Positions 40,439 to 51,918 of a DNA stretch of 64,000 nt are shown piece after piece. The notes below the pieces were generated by a model. The model was not told the DNA's origin, did no database searches, and saw only the letters and a program-made list of their open reading frames with translations. Source of the DNA: Gordius albopunctatus (lineage: Eukaryota); assembly GCA_964276515.1 (NCBI GenBank), contig OZ193909.1:1984001-2048000 (forward strand), read 5' to 3'. Within the stretch, counting starts at the first letter, position 1. Each line of letters starts with the position of its first letter. The position numbers and the translations under genes are program-made.

Positions 40439-43400
40439 TCAATTTAGCCTGGCAATGCGTTGTTGAAGGAGAGCCCAAGCTTTAGCTATCTAAATTTAAT
40501 AATAAATATATCGTTATAATTAATTTTAAACGTCACGGTAAATATAATTTGTGAGTTTCAAAAATTAATTCTTAGTCTCAAAATATTTTTGTTAATAAAC
40601 TCATTATAAATGCGTTTTTAATTTCCTCATTATGCGAAATTTAGTATAAAAGTTGAAATTTAAAACGACAAGTTCAGTTAATTATTATTTTCTTCATTTT
40701 AAACAAATGAGTAACTTTAAAATTTATATTAATAAATTGTAAGATAATAATTACTAAAAAGCGAGAAAAATCAGGTCCGTATTGAGTTGTAAGTAAAACG
40801 TCGGCATAAGGAATTCTACTTTCGGGCCTTGGTTGAGCGTCAACTCTAAATTCTGCTTTTTCTTTCGATATTTTATTCCTCTCCATCAATCTTTCAATCG
40901 CCTAAAATCATTTCATATGTTGACTAATTCGGTCGTATTTTAAAATAAATTTAAGCGGTTAAAGTGAAATTGCGATGTTAAAAATTGGTATTTACGGTTT
41001 AATTAATATTAAATTCGCTAGAAATCCACGATTTCATATAAGTTAATATTTTAAAATCTAATATAGTAATTTATTTAGATGGAGAGAGAGAAACACGGTG
41101 GAATAAGTAGTCCATGTAGTAAAGGACAATATATAAGTCTACGTTCTTATTAGAGCTCATGACAGAGCTTCGAGATGGATGTTATAAACAACTTAAGATG
41201 TTATGCTACCGTGGCAAATAATCAATTTGTTTAGAAGTTAAATGCAAACGATTCCATTTTTCTGGCTATAAAATTCCATATAAATCCTTAATGATCTTAT
41301 ATATTTCCTATAGAACGAAGAGCGGGTGGTTGGTATTTCGCCATCAACAATTTCTGATAGAAATTATATCACAAAGCCAGGTTCAAATAGCCGAGCGTGC
41401 CGCGAATCATTTTTAAGATGGGGGAAGAACTTAGGCGTCCTCTTGTTAGTGTAATTAATTCACAAGGTTCAATATAATGCAAACAAATGTTTTTAAAAAG
41501 GCAGTTTCGCAACGACAAAACATAGAATGGGCTCAAGTTGTATTGTAATTAATAATGACCTTAAAATGACGAGAAGTTGCCTAAGGATGTTTGGAGACGG
41601 ATATAAATAGTAGTTTAGTAGACAAGAAAAGCACAAAAACGGAATTAAATTAAACAAGCTTCTCATTTCTGGAAAAAGTGGGCGACTCATGACATTGAAA
41701 CTCAGCATAGAAGGTCAACTAATCAATGAGGTGTCGGGATTTACTCTTCAAACTGATTGAACCGATGAAGAAAAGGAAGATTTGGGGAAAGAGTTGAACG
41801 AAAATGTGTAATATACACATAGTAGTGGTGTAAAGGGCGCGCATTATGGTGCGCATAAAATAGCCACACCCATATTGAAAGTGTCCTTTTCTTTTGAGGA
41901 CTTACCATGTGGGTGTGTGCAAACCGACGACTAGTATATTGTTTTGTTATAGCGAGTCGGATGTGCTAGAGATATGCAATGGGCCTGCTTAGGTCAGTCA
42001 GCCCGCCAGTTATAAAAATTTACGAGCCCGGACCCGGCCCGTATGATTTTTTTTGTATTTTTTTAAATTTTAATTTTTTTTACAGAAATGATAAACTATA
42101 AGTATGTATTACAAATTTAATAATCAATATGTAAAAATAATAAAGTATCAATAAATCCGGTCAGACGAGTTCTCATCTGTTAAAAGGCAACATACAAGAA
42201 AAATATTTTTTTACTAGCGGCACTTGTAGCCGGGTTACATAAAACCATATATACCAAAGTAACCTTTGAAACCTTGCTTAAGGTCAACATATTTTTAATA
42301 TGGCTTCTTGGCTTTACGGCCAAAATCTTTTAGGTACCCACCAAATGCAAAATCGGTTTTAAATCTTCTTCTACCCATCACTGGCAATTCTAGAAACTTT
42401 CAAAAAAGGTGAATAAAGCTTAACAATTTGTTGATTTTATTGTCTTTTGAAATAATTGTCGAGCCTTTGTTAACATAATTTTTAATTTATATCTAGGAAT
42501 TTTATAATAAAATATATTGTTTTTAACAGAATTAGTGACTACTTGCTTCTCAATTATTCCGTGGCGGGCCTATTTAATAAATAATAGGGTAGGCCCGACC
42601 CGAGGCTCAGAATTCTGGGGCCGGTTCTAGGGTCACACCTGCAGGTCTCTAGTTGAGGCCAGAGGATTAATCGGAGCTCAAAATCTATAAACTTTTTTGC
42701 CCCCTCCCCAATCTAAATCCTGGCTATGCCCGTGCTCGCCCGATTGTAATATTTATTTCCTTTAACAGTGGAGGTTTTAAAAGACGCGCTATATAATAAC
42801 ACTAATACCTAAAGTAGATGGATGGAATATCTTACATTTTTTATCAACACTTGCACACGGAATGAAAAAATCTATAAAGCAGACGAAAATATCATTTACC
42901 ATGTCACGTGGTACGAAGGAAAGCCAAACCTCGTGACACATTTTTGACCAATCGGCTTCGATTAATAGTGATGCCTCTACAAACACCACGCGCTCGCGTC
43001 GTACGATCGCTTCATTAATTTTTCGAGAAACCATCTTAGCTAATTTCGGCCAAACCTTACGATTCAAAATTTGTCTCTTCTCCTGAACATAATTTAAATA
43101 TTTTTCATTTCAAACTTGACATATTTTCTTACCATTCGGCTGTATATCATTAATCGTTTGGACAGTATATTTTACTTTTATGATTCTTGCTAATTTTAAT
43201 CTTATATAATATAACCTCGATACTTTTAGGCTTATAAAATATAAATGTTAATTTAATATTATTTATGTAAAATGCTATAACAGTTCATTTTTGCAATATC
43301 AATCTTTAAAAAAACCTATGCTTATCCACGAGGGTTGGGAGCAAATGGTGTAGTAATGATTAAGGTACGGGCAAAAATAGGATGATCCAGAAATATAACA

Positions 43401-46118
43401 AATTAACATTAAGGGGAGGGGAAAATTACCTCTCCTTGCCCCCCCCCCACCTCTTTTAAACACACGTTCTCATTTATTTTTTCCAAATTAAAAGGTTTAT
43501 CGATTCAATAACACGAAAATATAAAAAAAGGTGGAAAACCTTTTAAATGTAACGCGTCAATTAAGCATGTAAAAATCGCAAAAAAACAAAAAACATCAAA
43601 AAAATTAAAATTGAAATTTAAAGAAAAAACTTCGTTTTCAAACACGACCGCAGCCAGCTTCCATCGATCTGTTTTGCCTCTAGGATTCAGAATATCGGAT
43701 CCGAAAAGCTTGACCAACTCCGTGGTCACCCCGGTGAGGAATTGGCCAGAGTCTTCGTATAGGCCGTGGGTTAAGTGATCGCAATCCACACAACAGACGT
43801 CTTTATTTTGTTGCGCTAAGAGATGCGCTAACGTAGATTTACCGCTACATATCCCACCGGTCAGACCAATTATGTAGGGTGGGTATCTGAGGGTCGTTAA
43901 TCTTTCCATTTTGGGATTTGCTCTTTCTTCCTCGACCTACTAAAATGATTGGTCTTTTGCTTACTTTACTTATAAATCCCTATAAGAGACCATAAAAGCC
44001 CGGCCCGGCCAAATGTCTTAAATTTTAATTTTTGGACAGGACCTCGAGGAAAAGAACTTATGAACAAATTTAAATGTTAAAAGGGAGTGCAGTGTAGTTG
44101 CTATATTTAATCAAACACACTACGGTGATAAGATTCGGGCGATTCGGGCATAATAAAATTAAAAACATATTATATTATTTTGTTACCTTTTTATTAGATT
44201 GTATATCGAGAATGCTTAAAATTTTAAAAAAATATAATTTTGCCACCCCTTCCAAAATTATTTTTCCAATCTTTGCACGACTCCATTTCTTTAAGATCCT
44301 TAGCTACGTTGAAAGAATTGAAATATTTATATTTATGTAGCCTTTTCATTGTTCGCAATAATCATGTTTGTCATCTAAACTTAAAACATAGAGTTGTTAA
44401 ATTGCTAACTTTATTCAAAATGTGAGATGGGAAAAATTTACTTTACGATCAATGAAGGTTCCCAGCAACGCTTTTCTGATGTGGGACGAGCTGAGCTTGT
44501 TCTTAAGCCTGTCTTCTTCGCTTAAACTCTGAAAATTAAATAATTTTTCTCCACCTTCAAGTATATAATCTACAACCTCCAAATGAAGTGGCTTCATATT
44601 CTAGTTAAAGATAAAATAAATTCAGTAATTTAATGAAAAAAACCAAAAGCATTGCTATGTTGAAGTTTATTTTTAAGGTTTTTTTGGGAAGACAATTAAG
44701 ATTCTGAGACATATTTTGTATTTATAATATTTTAGTTAGAGATTAAGTTTATATGGTACTAAAATTAAAGATTATGAATGTTAATTAACCTGGGCAAAGA
44801 TTAAAATAAAAATTGATTTAGATTAAATTCATGTTTAATATCAAGGCCAAAGAACAAGATTCCCTTTGAATATTAAAGCAATAGATATGTGTTTAGAGAT
44901 TTAAATTTGAAGTTCATATAGATTCAAGATACGTTTTTTATTCTCTCTTCATTAATCTTTTTGCCTCCTTTAATGGTCTCGTTTGTTACAACACAACACT
45001 CAACTTCAGGCATAAAAATGGCAGGACCATAAGTATCATACAATGGCACAATTAAATACCTTAAAATCCATCACAAAATAATTAAATTTATGTAAGTCAT
45101 TTACAGCTAAACACATTTATATTATAAATTATACTAATAAAACTCTACAAATAAAAAAACTATTTTTGCATTCAGTTATAAATTTCTTATCTACCTCAAT
45201 TTTTTCAACCATTTATTTTAAAGCACAAAATTTAATTTGATAACAGGCTAAGCATAAAATATAATTTTATTTCTGAGCTTCTTTATAACAATGTGAAGAT
45301 ACTATTTCTTTACAATTATAAGATACCTTAAGGATGGGTTGACACTTTGCAAATAGTTGCGCACAGCATCAATCCTATAATCAATTGGCTGAATTAGTTC
45401 ACGTAATTCTTTTTCTTCAAATATATTATATATTAGGAGAATAATTATTTTACTTTTAATCATTGGCCCATCACTAACACCACAGACAACTAAACCTTTT
45501 GCAATTGATGATGCATAGGTTAATAAATGTTTATGACCCTCGTGCAATCTATCAAAAGTACCACCAAGTGCCACTCCTTCATATTTTGGAAAATTTTTGG
45601 CATCTTTGCTACTACATGTAAAACAGAGAAATTCTTGTTGTTACATTCACCAGAAGTGTTCATTCAATGACAGTGAGTTAAGTGAAAATATTTAAAAAAA
45701 TTTAACAAGCTTAAGAAATTTATGTAAATCCTAACTTTTGTCCTGTTTCCCACACAGTATTTGAAATTATATCATAATTTGAAACATTTGGATTATATTG
45801 ATAAATGTTTTTAATGTATCTTAACTATATATTTGTTTAAACATTATTTATTTTACTTAGTGCTCAATGGAGAAGAGTTTTCACATATAATTGAAAATGT
45901 CTTAATGTCATTTTTCTCCTCTACAACATTCTTTTTTAGCTTTATTTTACTTTATAATTACATATCTTTTACAAATAAAATACTTTTTTACAGGACTACT
46001 TTTAGTAAAGCTTATGGCTCGATCATTATCATTTTCCGAAAGAATCTTTTTGGCACTTAAACAAAGTAAGTAAACAAATTAAATACAAATATAATTACGT
46101 TCTTTTATTTTGCGCCAT
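40439..46118 (-). CDS. COASY: Bifunctional CoA synthase (PPAT + dephospho-CoA kinase), copy A, with LIG1-derived 5' exons
   Basis: GGTFDRLHEGH, DTYGP, VTNET..G..IN, LSSSHIR, IGLTGGICSGKST, EASLLIEADW..CHEVW and final exon IAKAWALLQQRIARLN*. Exons from 45611 downward are open. 45725-46197 is a copy of LIG1 30965-31445. The 5' structure is inferred. Confidence 0.85.
41967..42651 (-). mobile_element. Deleted hAT derivative in a COASY-A intron (orthologous copy in COASY-B at about 53690-57144)
   Basis: TAGAGATATGCA / TGCAGGTCTCTA termini, GCCCG repeats, and a degenerate transposase tail LCNPATSAAS. Confidence 0.7.
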
Positions 46119-46196
46119 CGTTTTGCACAGATGTGATCTAGGAATTAATAAATTGCAAAGGTTTTTTATTTAAAAAACCGCGAGTGATCTCAAAAT

Positions 46197-46400
46197 CGGT
46201 GACCCGTCAACTTGCCGAAAACCATCTCGCTGAATTTAATGTCCCCCGGTTAAAAAAGGTCCCCCATTTTGTGATTGGTTGAATAAGGGACGATTTTAAA
46301 TTAGGGGATTGAATAAGGGACGATTTTAAATTAGGGGATCATTTTTAACCGGGGGACATTAAATTCGGCGAGATGTTTTTCGGCGAGTTGATAGGGCACC
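46197..46400. mobile_element. Foldback MITE with about 65-bp TIRs (CGGTG...CACCG); related partial copy at 46792-47045
   Basis: Long inverted termini with AT dinucleotides on both sides. It sits exactly where LIG1 homology stops. Confidence 0.75.
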
Positions 46401-47046
46401 GATCGAGATTGTGGAGAGGTTGAAGGGTTTCTTGTTAAGTCTCGATCCTTTCATTAGTGTCATTTGGTGACGAATATAGTGCCCAATTTATCCAGTTGAG
46501 TTATAACCTTGACTCCGGTACTACAGGGTTTAGGGGGAGGAAAAAAATTCGCCTCCCTTGAAATTCGAAGTCACCAGTTTTAGTGAAAGGTGTTGGAATA
46601 TAATTTATTAAGGGGAAATAATAACAATGATAACGAATCTATAAATGGCGAGTTTATATATCGATAGATAACAATAACATTCAAATGAAAGTTAATTCTG
46701 TGTGTGTATTCTTTCTATTTTCACCTTGTGCGTATTACAACCAAATCTCTTTCAAGATAACTGTAATTTGTTTCCCTACAGACTAATAAAACGGTGCCTT
46801 ATCAACTCGCCGAAAACAATCTTCTCGAATTCACCCTGGGATGGGATATTAACGAATATTTCCCCATTATCATAAAGAAGCCCCTAAATTGAGTAACTTT
46901 TATACTAATTATCAATTTTATTATAAAAAACACCTAAATAATAACTTTAATCCAGAATTGAATGATTAATATGCTTTTGGGGGGGGGGGGACATTTTCTA
47001 ATTGGGGGAAATTTTTTAACATTGGGACATTCAATTCGGCGACTTA

Positions 47047-48060
47047 ATATGGTGGTCCCTTAGAGCCAGAAATATACCCGAAGGATATGTTCGACTTATC
47101 AAGGAAATGTATAATGGCGCGGTTGTATCTGTTAGGACTACCGTAGGAGTAACGAAACCCTTCCGAATAATGATCGGACTACATCAAGGATCAGCGTTAA
47201 GCCCATTCTTGTTTAATCTAATTATGGATACAATAACAAAGGACTTGCACAAGCCAGCCCCTTGGACTATGCTATATGCCGACGATATTGTCCTATGCGA
47301 TGAAACAAGAGAAGGGGTTTTTCATCAGGCGAAAAAATGGTCAGAACGTTTTTCGGAATTCGGGTTAAAGGTCAGCGAGAAGAAAACGGTTTACATGCAA
47401 ACGATGGGCGGTAGTCCGCGAATGCACAAAAATGACGGTCCAATGTACACGGAGGTTGATAAGTTCATATATCTTGGCTCGCTATTACATCAAGAGGGAG
47501 GATGTACCGCCGAAGTCCATTCTCGGATCAAGAAAGCATGGCTCAAGTGGCGCAGCATCTCCGGTGTCATGTGTGACAAGAAGATACCAATTTGGTTGAA
47601 AAGCAAGGCGTACAAAACCATCGTGCTACCGGTCTTGCTTTACGGGAGCGAAACATGGTCTGTAACCACCGCGGAGGAGAAACTCTTGCAAGTCACGGAA
47701 ATGAGAATGGTGCGATGGAGCTTAGGCTACACCAAGCTGGATCGCATGACGAACGAATCCTTGATAACAAAGATGGGTATACAAGCGACTAAGGACTTCT
47801 TAAGAGAAAATCGACTGCGGTGGTACGGCTATGTATTACGAAGAGACCAATACAATGTCACACGCCGACCGCTGGAGATGGACGTGCCTGGAAGAAGAGA
47901 AAGGGGCAGACCACGTGCCACCTGGAAACGACTGGTCGAAAAGGATATGGACGTCAAACAGATGGAAATTGGCATGGCATTTACGCGACTCAGATGAAAG
48001 AGGCTGCTGAGAACGTACCCCACGTCCGTGGGATTTTCAACAGGATAAAGAAGAAGAAGA
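47047..48060 (+). mobile_element. 5'-truncated RTE LINE (RT C-terminal half)
   Basis: ORF 47107-47997 with GLHQGSALSP, YADD, LLYGSETW and RGRPR; (GAA)n tail; clearly related to 34824-37848. Confidence 0.93.
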
Positions 48061-48355
48061 TATACAATAATGAAGTCATACATGCAAGGCTGAAGTTTTC
48101 TCGAATTAGATATTTAAAAGTATAATAAAAATGTTACAGTATACGGTCAAAAGTATAGGTGTTTAACAAAATATTTAAATTAAATAAATAATATTTAAAT
48201 TATTATCACGTGGTCGATCATAGAAGCATATTTTTAATAATTATCCATCCTTCAATTAATTATTTTATTATATTAAAGAAAATTGTATTTCAAATAAATC
48301 AGCTAACTAGAATTAGTCGGATTTGATGACTAAAACAGAATTCGCATTTGGTTTG

Positions 48356-48562
48356 TCTTATTATATATATACTAAAAATAGTGGGTTCATAAAATCCATG
48401 ACGTGATAAAATTCGTGCTCTAAATAAATATTATGGATATTTTATTTATTTGAATTATTATTTCATATACGACCACATTTTAGATAAGTCTTATTAATAG
48501 GTTATACTTATTGAACCACTTAAGGACTGAGCCAAAGCAACGCTTGGCCTGTCACAGCTAGT
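48356..48562 (+). mobile_element. Short Helitron-like element
   Basis: 3' hairpin GCCAA..TTGGC followed by CTAG|T, and a TC start followed by a (TA)n tract. Confidence 0.4.
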
Positions 48563-49769
48563 ATATAATATAATAACGTGGACTACGATAGTTTTTCCTT
48601 TATCATATCGACTAGGACTAGACGCCACGCTTTCTCACCGGAGGGGAACACCCCCTTCCTTATTTTTTACCCTCTTTCTCACCACAGGGGAGGGGGGAGG
48701 ACCCTCTCCCACCCCCGGTTAAGAAAGAGGGTAAAAAATAAGGAGGAGAGTAAGAGGGTAAAAAATAGGACCCCACCTCCCCTCTGGTAAGAAAGAGGGT
48801 AAAAAATAAGAGGGAGGGCACCAGTGAAGAAGAGGGTAAAAAATAGGGGGGGGGCAAAAAAACGGGACAAATAAAGGGAGGGGGCAAAGTTCTTTATAAT
48901 ATATTTTAATTTTTTTATCACCATTTTTGGATTAATATATGATTGAAAAATATTGATTGCCATTATATGTCAGCTGCCAACTCTAATAGTAAGCTAAAAT
49001 TAAATTTGCTAAAACCCATGTTTAGTTTAAAACAAACGAGCCTGCTCGATACCACGGTTTATATCAATCCAATCTGCTAAATGCCCGATTAGTTACATCT
49101 CTCTTAACCAGCAACCATGCCAACTTTAATCTGCCACGCTAGTAGCCGGGTGATTAAGCAGCGTGGGCTGGTTATGATGATGGTAATGGTAAGAAGGAGA
49201 TATGTGCCTATTACCAGGTTTAGCACTCTACAAGCAGAACCAATTGGAGCATATTAACAACACTACGTAAGTTAATTGTTAATTGCTATGTTTAAACTCT
49301 TTTTTAATAATACATTGATTAAAATATATTTATTTTTAACCTTATATGTTTTGTGTATATATTTGATTATTTATTTACATTCCTATTTCATATTATATTA
49401 ATTAAGTAATTACAAATACTATCAAGTGTTATTGTGACATCATGATGTTTTAATAACTTATACGCAGTTATAAGTTACTTTATTTCTCGACGAATATATA
49501 AAACTGGGGAATAATTATCAGGAGTAATATTACACAACTCTCCTTTAACATGTGCGTAAATTCAGTTTTTATAGTTATTATAAAATACATAATCATTATT
49601 ATTGGAAAATCGATAATATTCTTGGAAGATCTAAACTAATCGATGAGTTTCCATAAATATCGATTATTTTCTGGGAAATAGAATTAAGTTTCCCAGAAGT
49701 AATATTGATTGACGTCATTGACTTCCGTCACTACAATGTAAGGTGTTAAATTATTTTAAATATAATAGG

Positions 49770-51290
49770 AATAACTCCATTAGGCTTACTGTGCAACTTT
49801 TGGATGTAATAATAATAACTAGACCTAAAAATAGGGATCTTTCATCCCACAGGTAAATTTAAAAACATATTAAACCATCATACATCTTAATTATATTTAC
49901 CCTTTTTATATATTTTTGTTTTATTTTATATATATATATTTTTTCTCATCAAATACCCAATCAGCAACTTAGATAAGGTGCAATACCTACAATTTTAAAT
50001 TTACCAGAGCATCTTCAAAAAGTATTATTAAATCACAATTATAATTGTAAATTTTAGAAACCTGCACCAACAAGGAGGACTAACAATTCTTTAGCAAATT
50101 CACTCAAATCAATAGCTTCTCAAAATTTAAAAGGACTATTAAACGACTAAAAATAATGACCCCCTATTACTCGTGGATACTCATATGAAGGCTGGAGGCA
50201 TCAACAATCCTAAGAAAGTCCAATTTACCTAATCACTCAAACAATTAGCCCTCACATTGCACTATTATTCAACAAGTGAATACAGGCACCTTAGGAATAT
50301 TATTTGCCTCCCTTCAGAATCATGATTAAGAAGGTGGAGCATTTTTCTCGATGTTAATCCTGGTAAATTCTATATTGATTTGATGATATTTTTAGGGTTC
50401 TTAAAATGTTCTATTGAGAAAATCAAAAATCTTATTTTGAAATTCAAATCACCTGTATATGTAGCGCTATCTTTAGATGAAATGGCTATCTGAAAGAATA
50501 TCCGATGGGATGGCAACCAATATCATGGGTATTTTTTTGCTAGAATTAGTCTATGCTTAATATAATTGGCACCTCTCTTATGATTTGTCTCAACATATAT
50601 TGGAGCAAGATAATTTGTCATCCCATTTTTATATATTAATTAAACTTATTATACGTAAATACCTTTAAATTTTATTTCACAACAATTTGCAATAAAACAT
50701 TAAAATTAAATATTCGTAATAGGGCCATAATATATTTTACTATGTGATTATTTACGATCTTCTATTAATTAGGTTATATATTTTAAATAAAACAATATAT
50801 GAATGTGTATTATAATATTAAACGAAGAGGCGAGTAGCCAGGATTTTTCCAAGGGGGTAGAGAATTTCTAATTTTTCAAAAACATTTTTATTGCAATAAA
50901 TTATTTATAAGGCCCCCCAATTTTCCTATTCACTGATATAATTAATAATGCTTTTCATTTTTTACTGATATAGTTGCAGGCTTATTAAATCTTTAAAATA
51001 TATTTTAGTAGCTTAAGCTCCTAACGATTCATCGGGAGTTAGCCCCAACTCCTGATGGAATTCTTGATACCTTATCTTTTGGCAAAATAAAAAATACACA
51101 CCGCTTTTGTATTTATATTTATCAATAGATCAACGAATTACTAGGTTTAGATGTAAAAGGATCGGATAATTTCATAGGGAAATAATGCTCCAAATTTCTA
51201 TTTTCCATTGTAATGCGGGGAATAAACGATATCGGAAAAAGTGAATAATGGTTAATTGGCTTTTTGTCGAAATTCAATTCAAAGATAAAA
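49770..51290 (+). pseudogene. P-element/THAP9-like transposase relic
   Basis: THAP-like AYCATFGCNN..SHR|gt, LALTLHYYSTSEYRHLRNIICLPSES*LRRW, and YVALSLDEMAI*KNIRWD. Contains in-frame stops. Confidence 0.75.
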
Positions 51291-51918
51291 AAGTATATAT
51301 CGGTATTTATTTATAAATGTCATTTTGAGTCAATTACTCAGCTATAGAATAAAAACTTTAAATCTAAAAATAAGTTACTTTTAATAAAAAAATTATTAAT
51401 TTTTGCTAAGGTGGTAAACTTTCCCTTTTTCTACCCCCTTCTGTACGCCTATGAACTAAGTATTGGCGGCGCTTAAACTAAAGTTACTTAATTTCATTAA
51501 ATTAGTGTTTTTTATCGGCAATTTCTTAGTGTTTTTATCATTAAATTATGACTAAAGATATGTTATTAATAAATAATATTTTGTTTTAATTATATATTAC
51601 AATTTCTGTGGTAAAATCATAAAAAATATATAATAAATTTCATATGTTAATAGAGGGTATATCTCATTACCATTCGCTAACAGTATAACAGTCTCATCAT
51701 TCACTTATTAAAATGGCGGTAAAAAGGCGACGCAGTCTATTTAGTCTAGTCTATGGATTTTCCACATTTTGCGTATGATTCAAAAAAACCATAACACAAA
51801 ATGGTTTTTTTCATGAAACTTGAATTATTAATTTCCAAATATGGTATCAAATATAAAGTAATAACAAATACAAGAACCAAAAAGCATGATTAAATCCCGC
51901 GGATTTTCAAATATTTCC

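Noticed and set aside
45736..46118. A second functional DNA ligase gene
   Set aside because: Only exons 1-4 are duplicated; no ligase catalytic exons follow.
48578..48963. Overlapping short ORFs
   Set aside because: They arise from a low-complexity AAGAGGGTAAAAAATA minisatellite.
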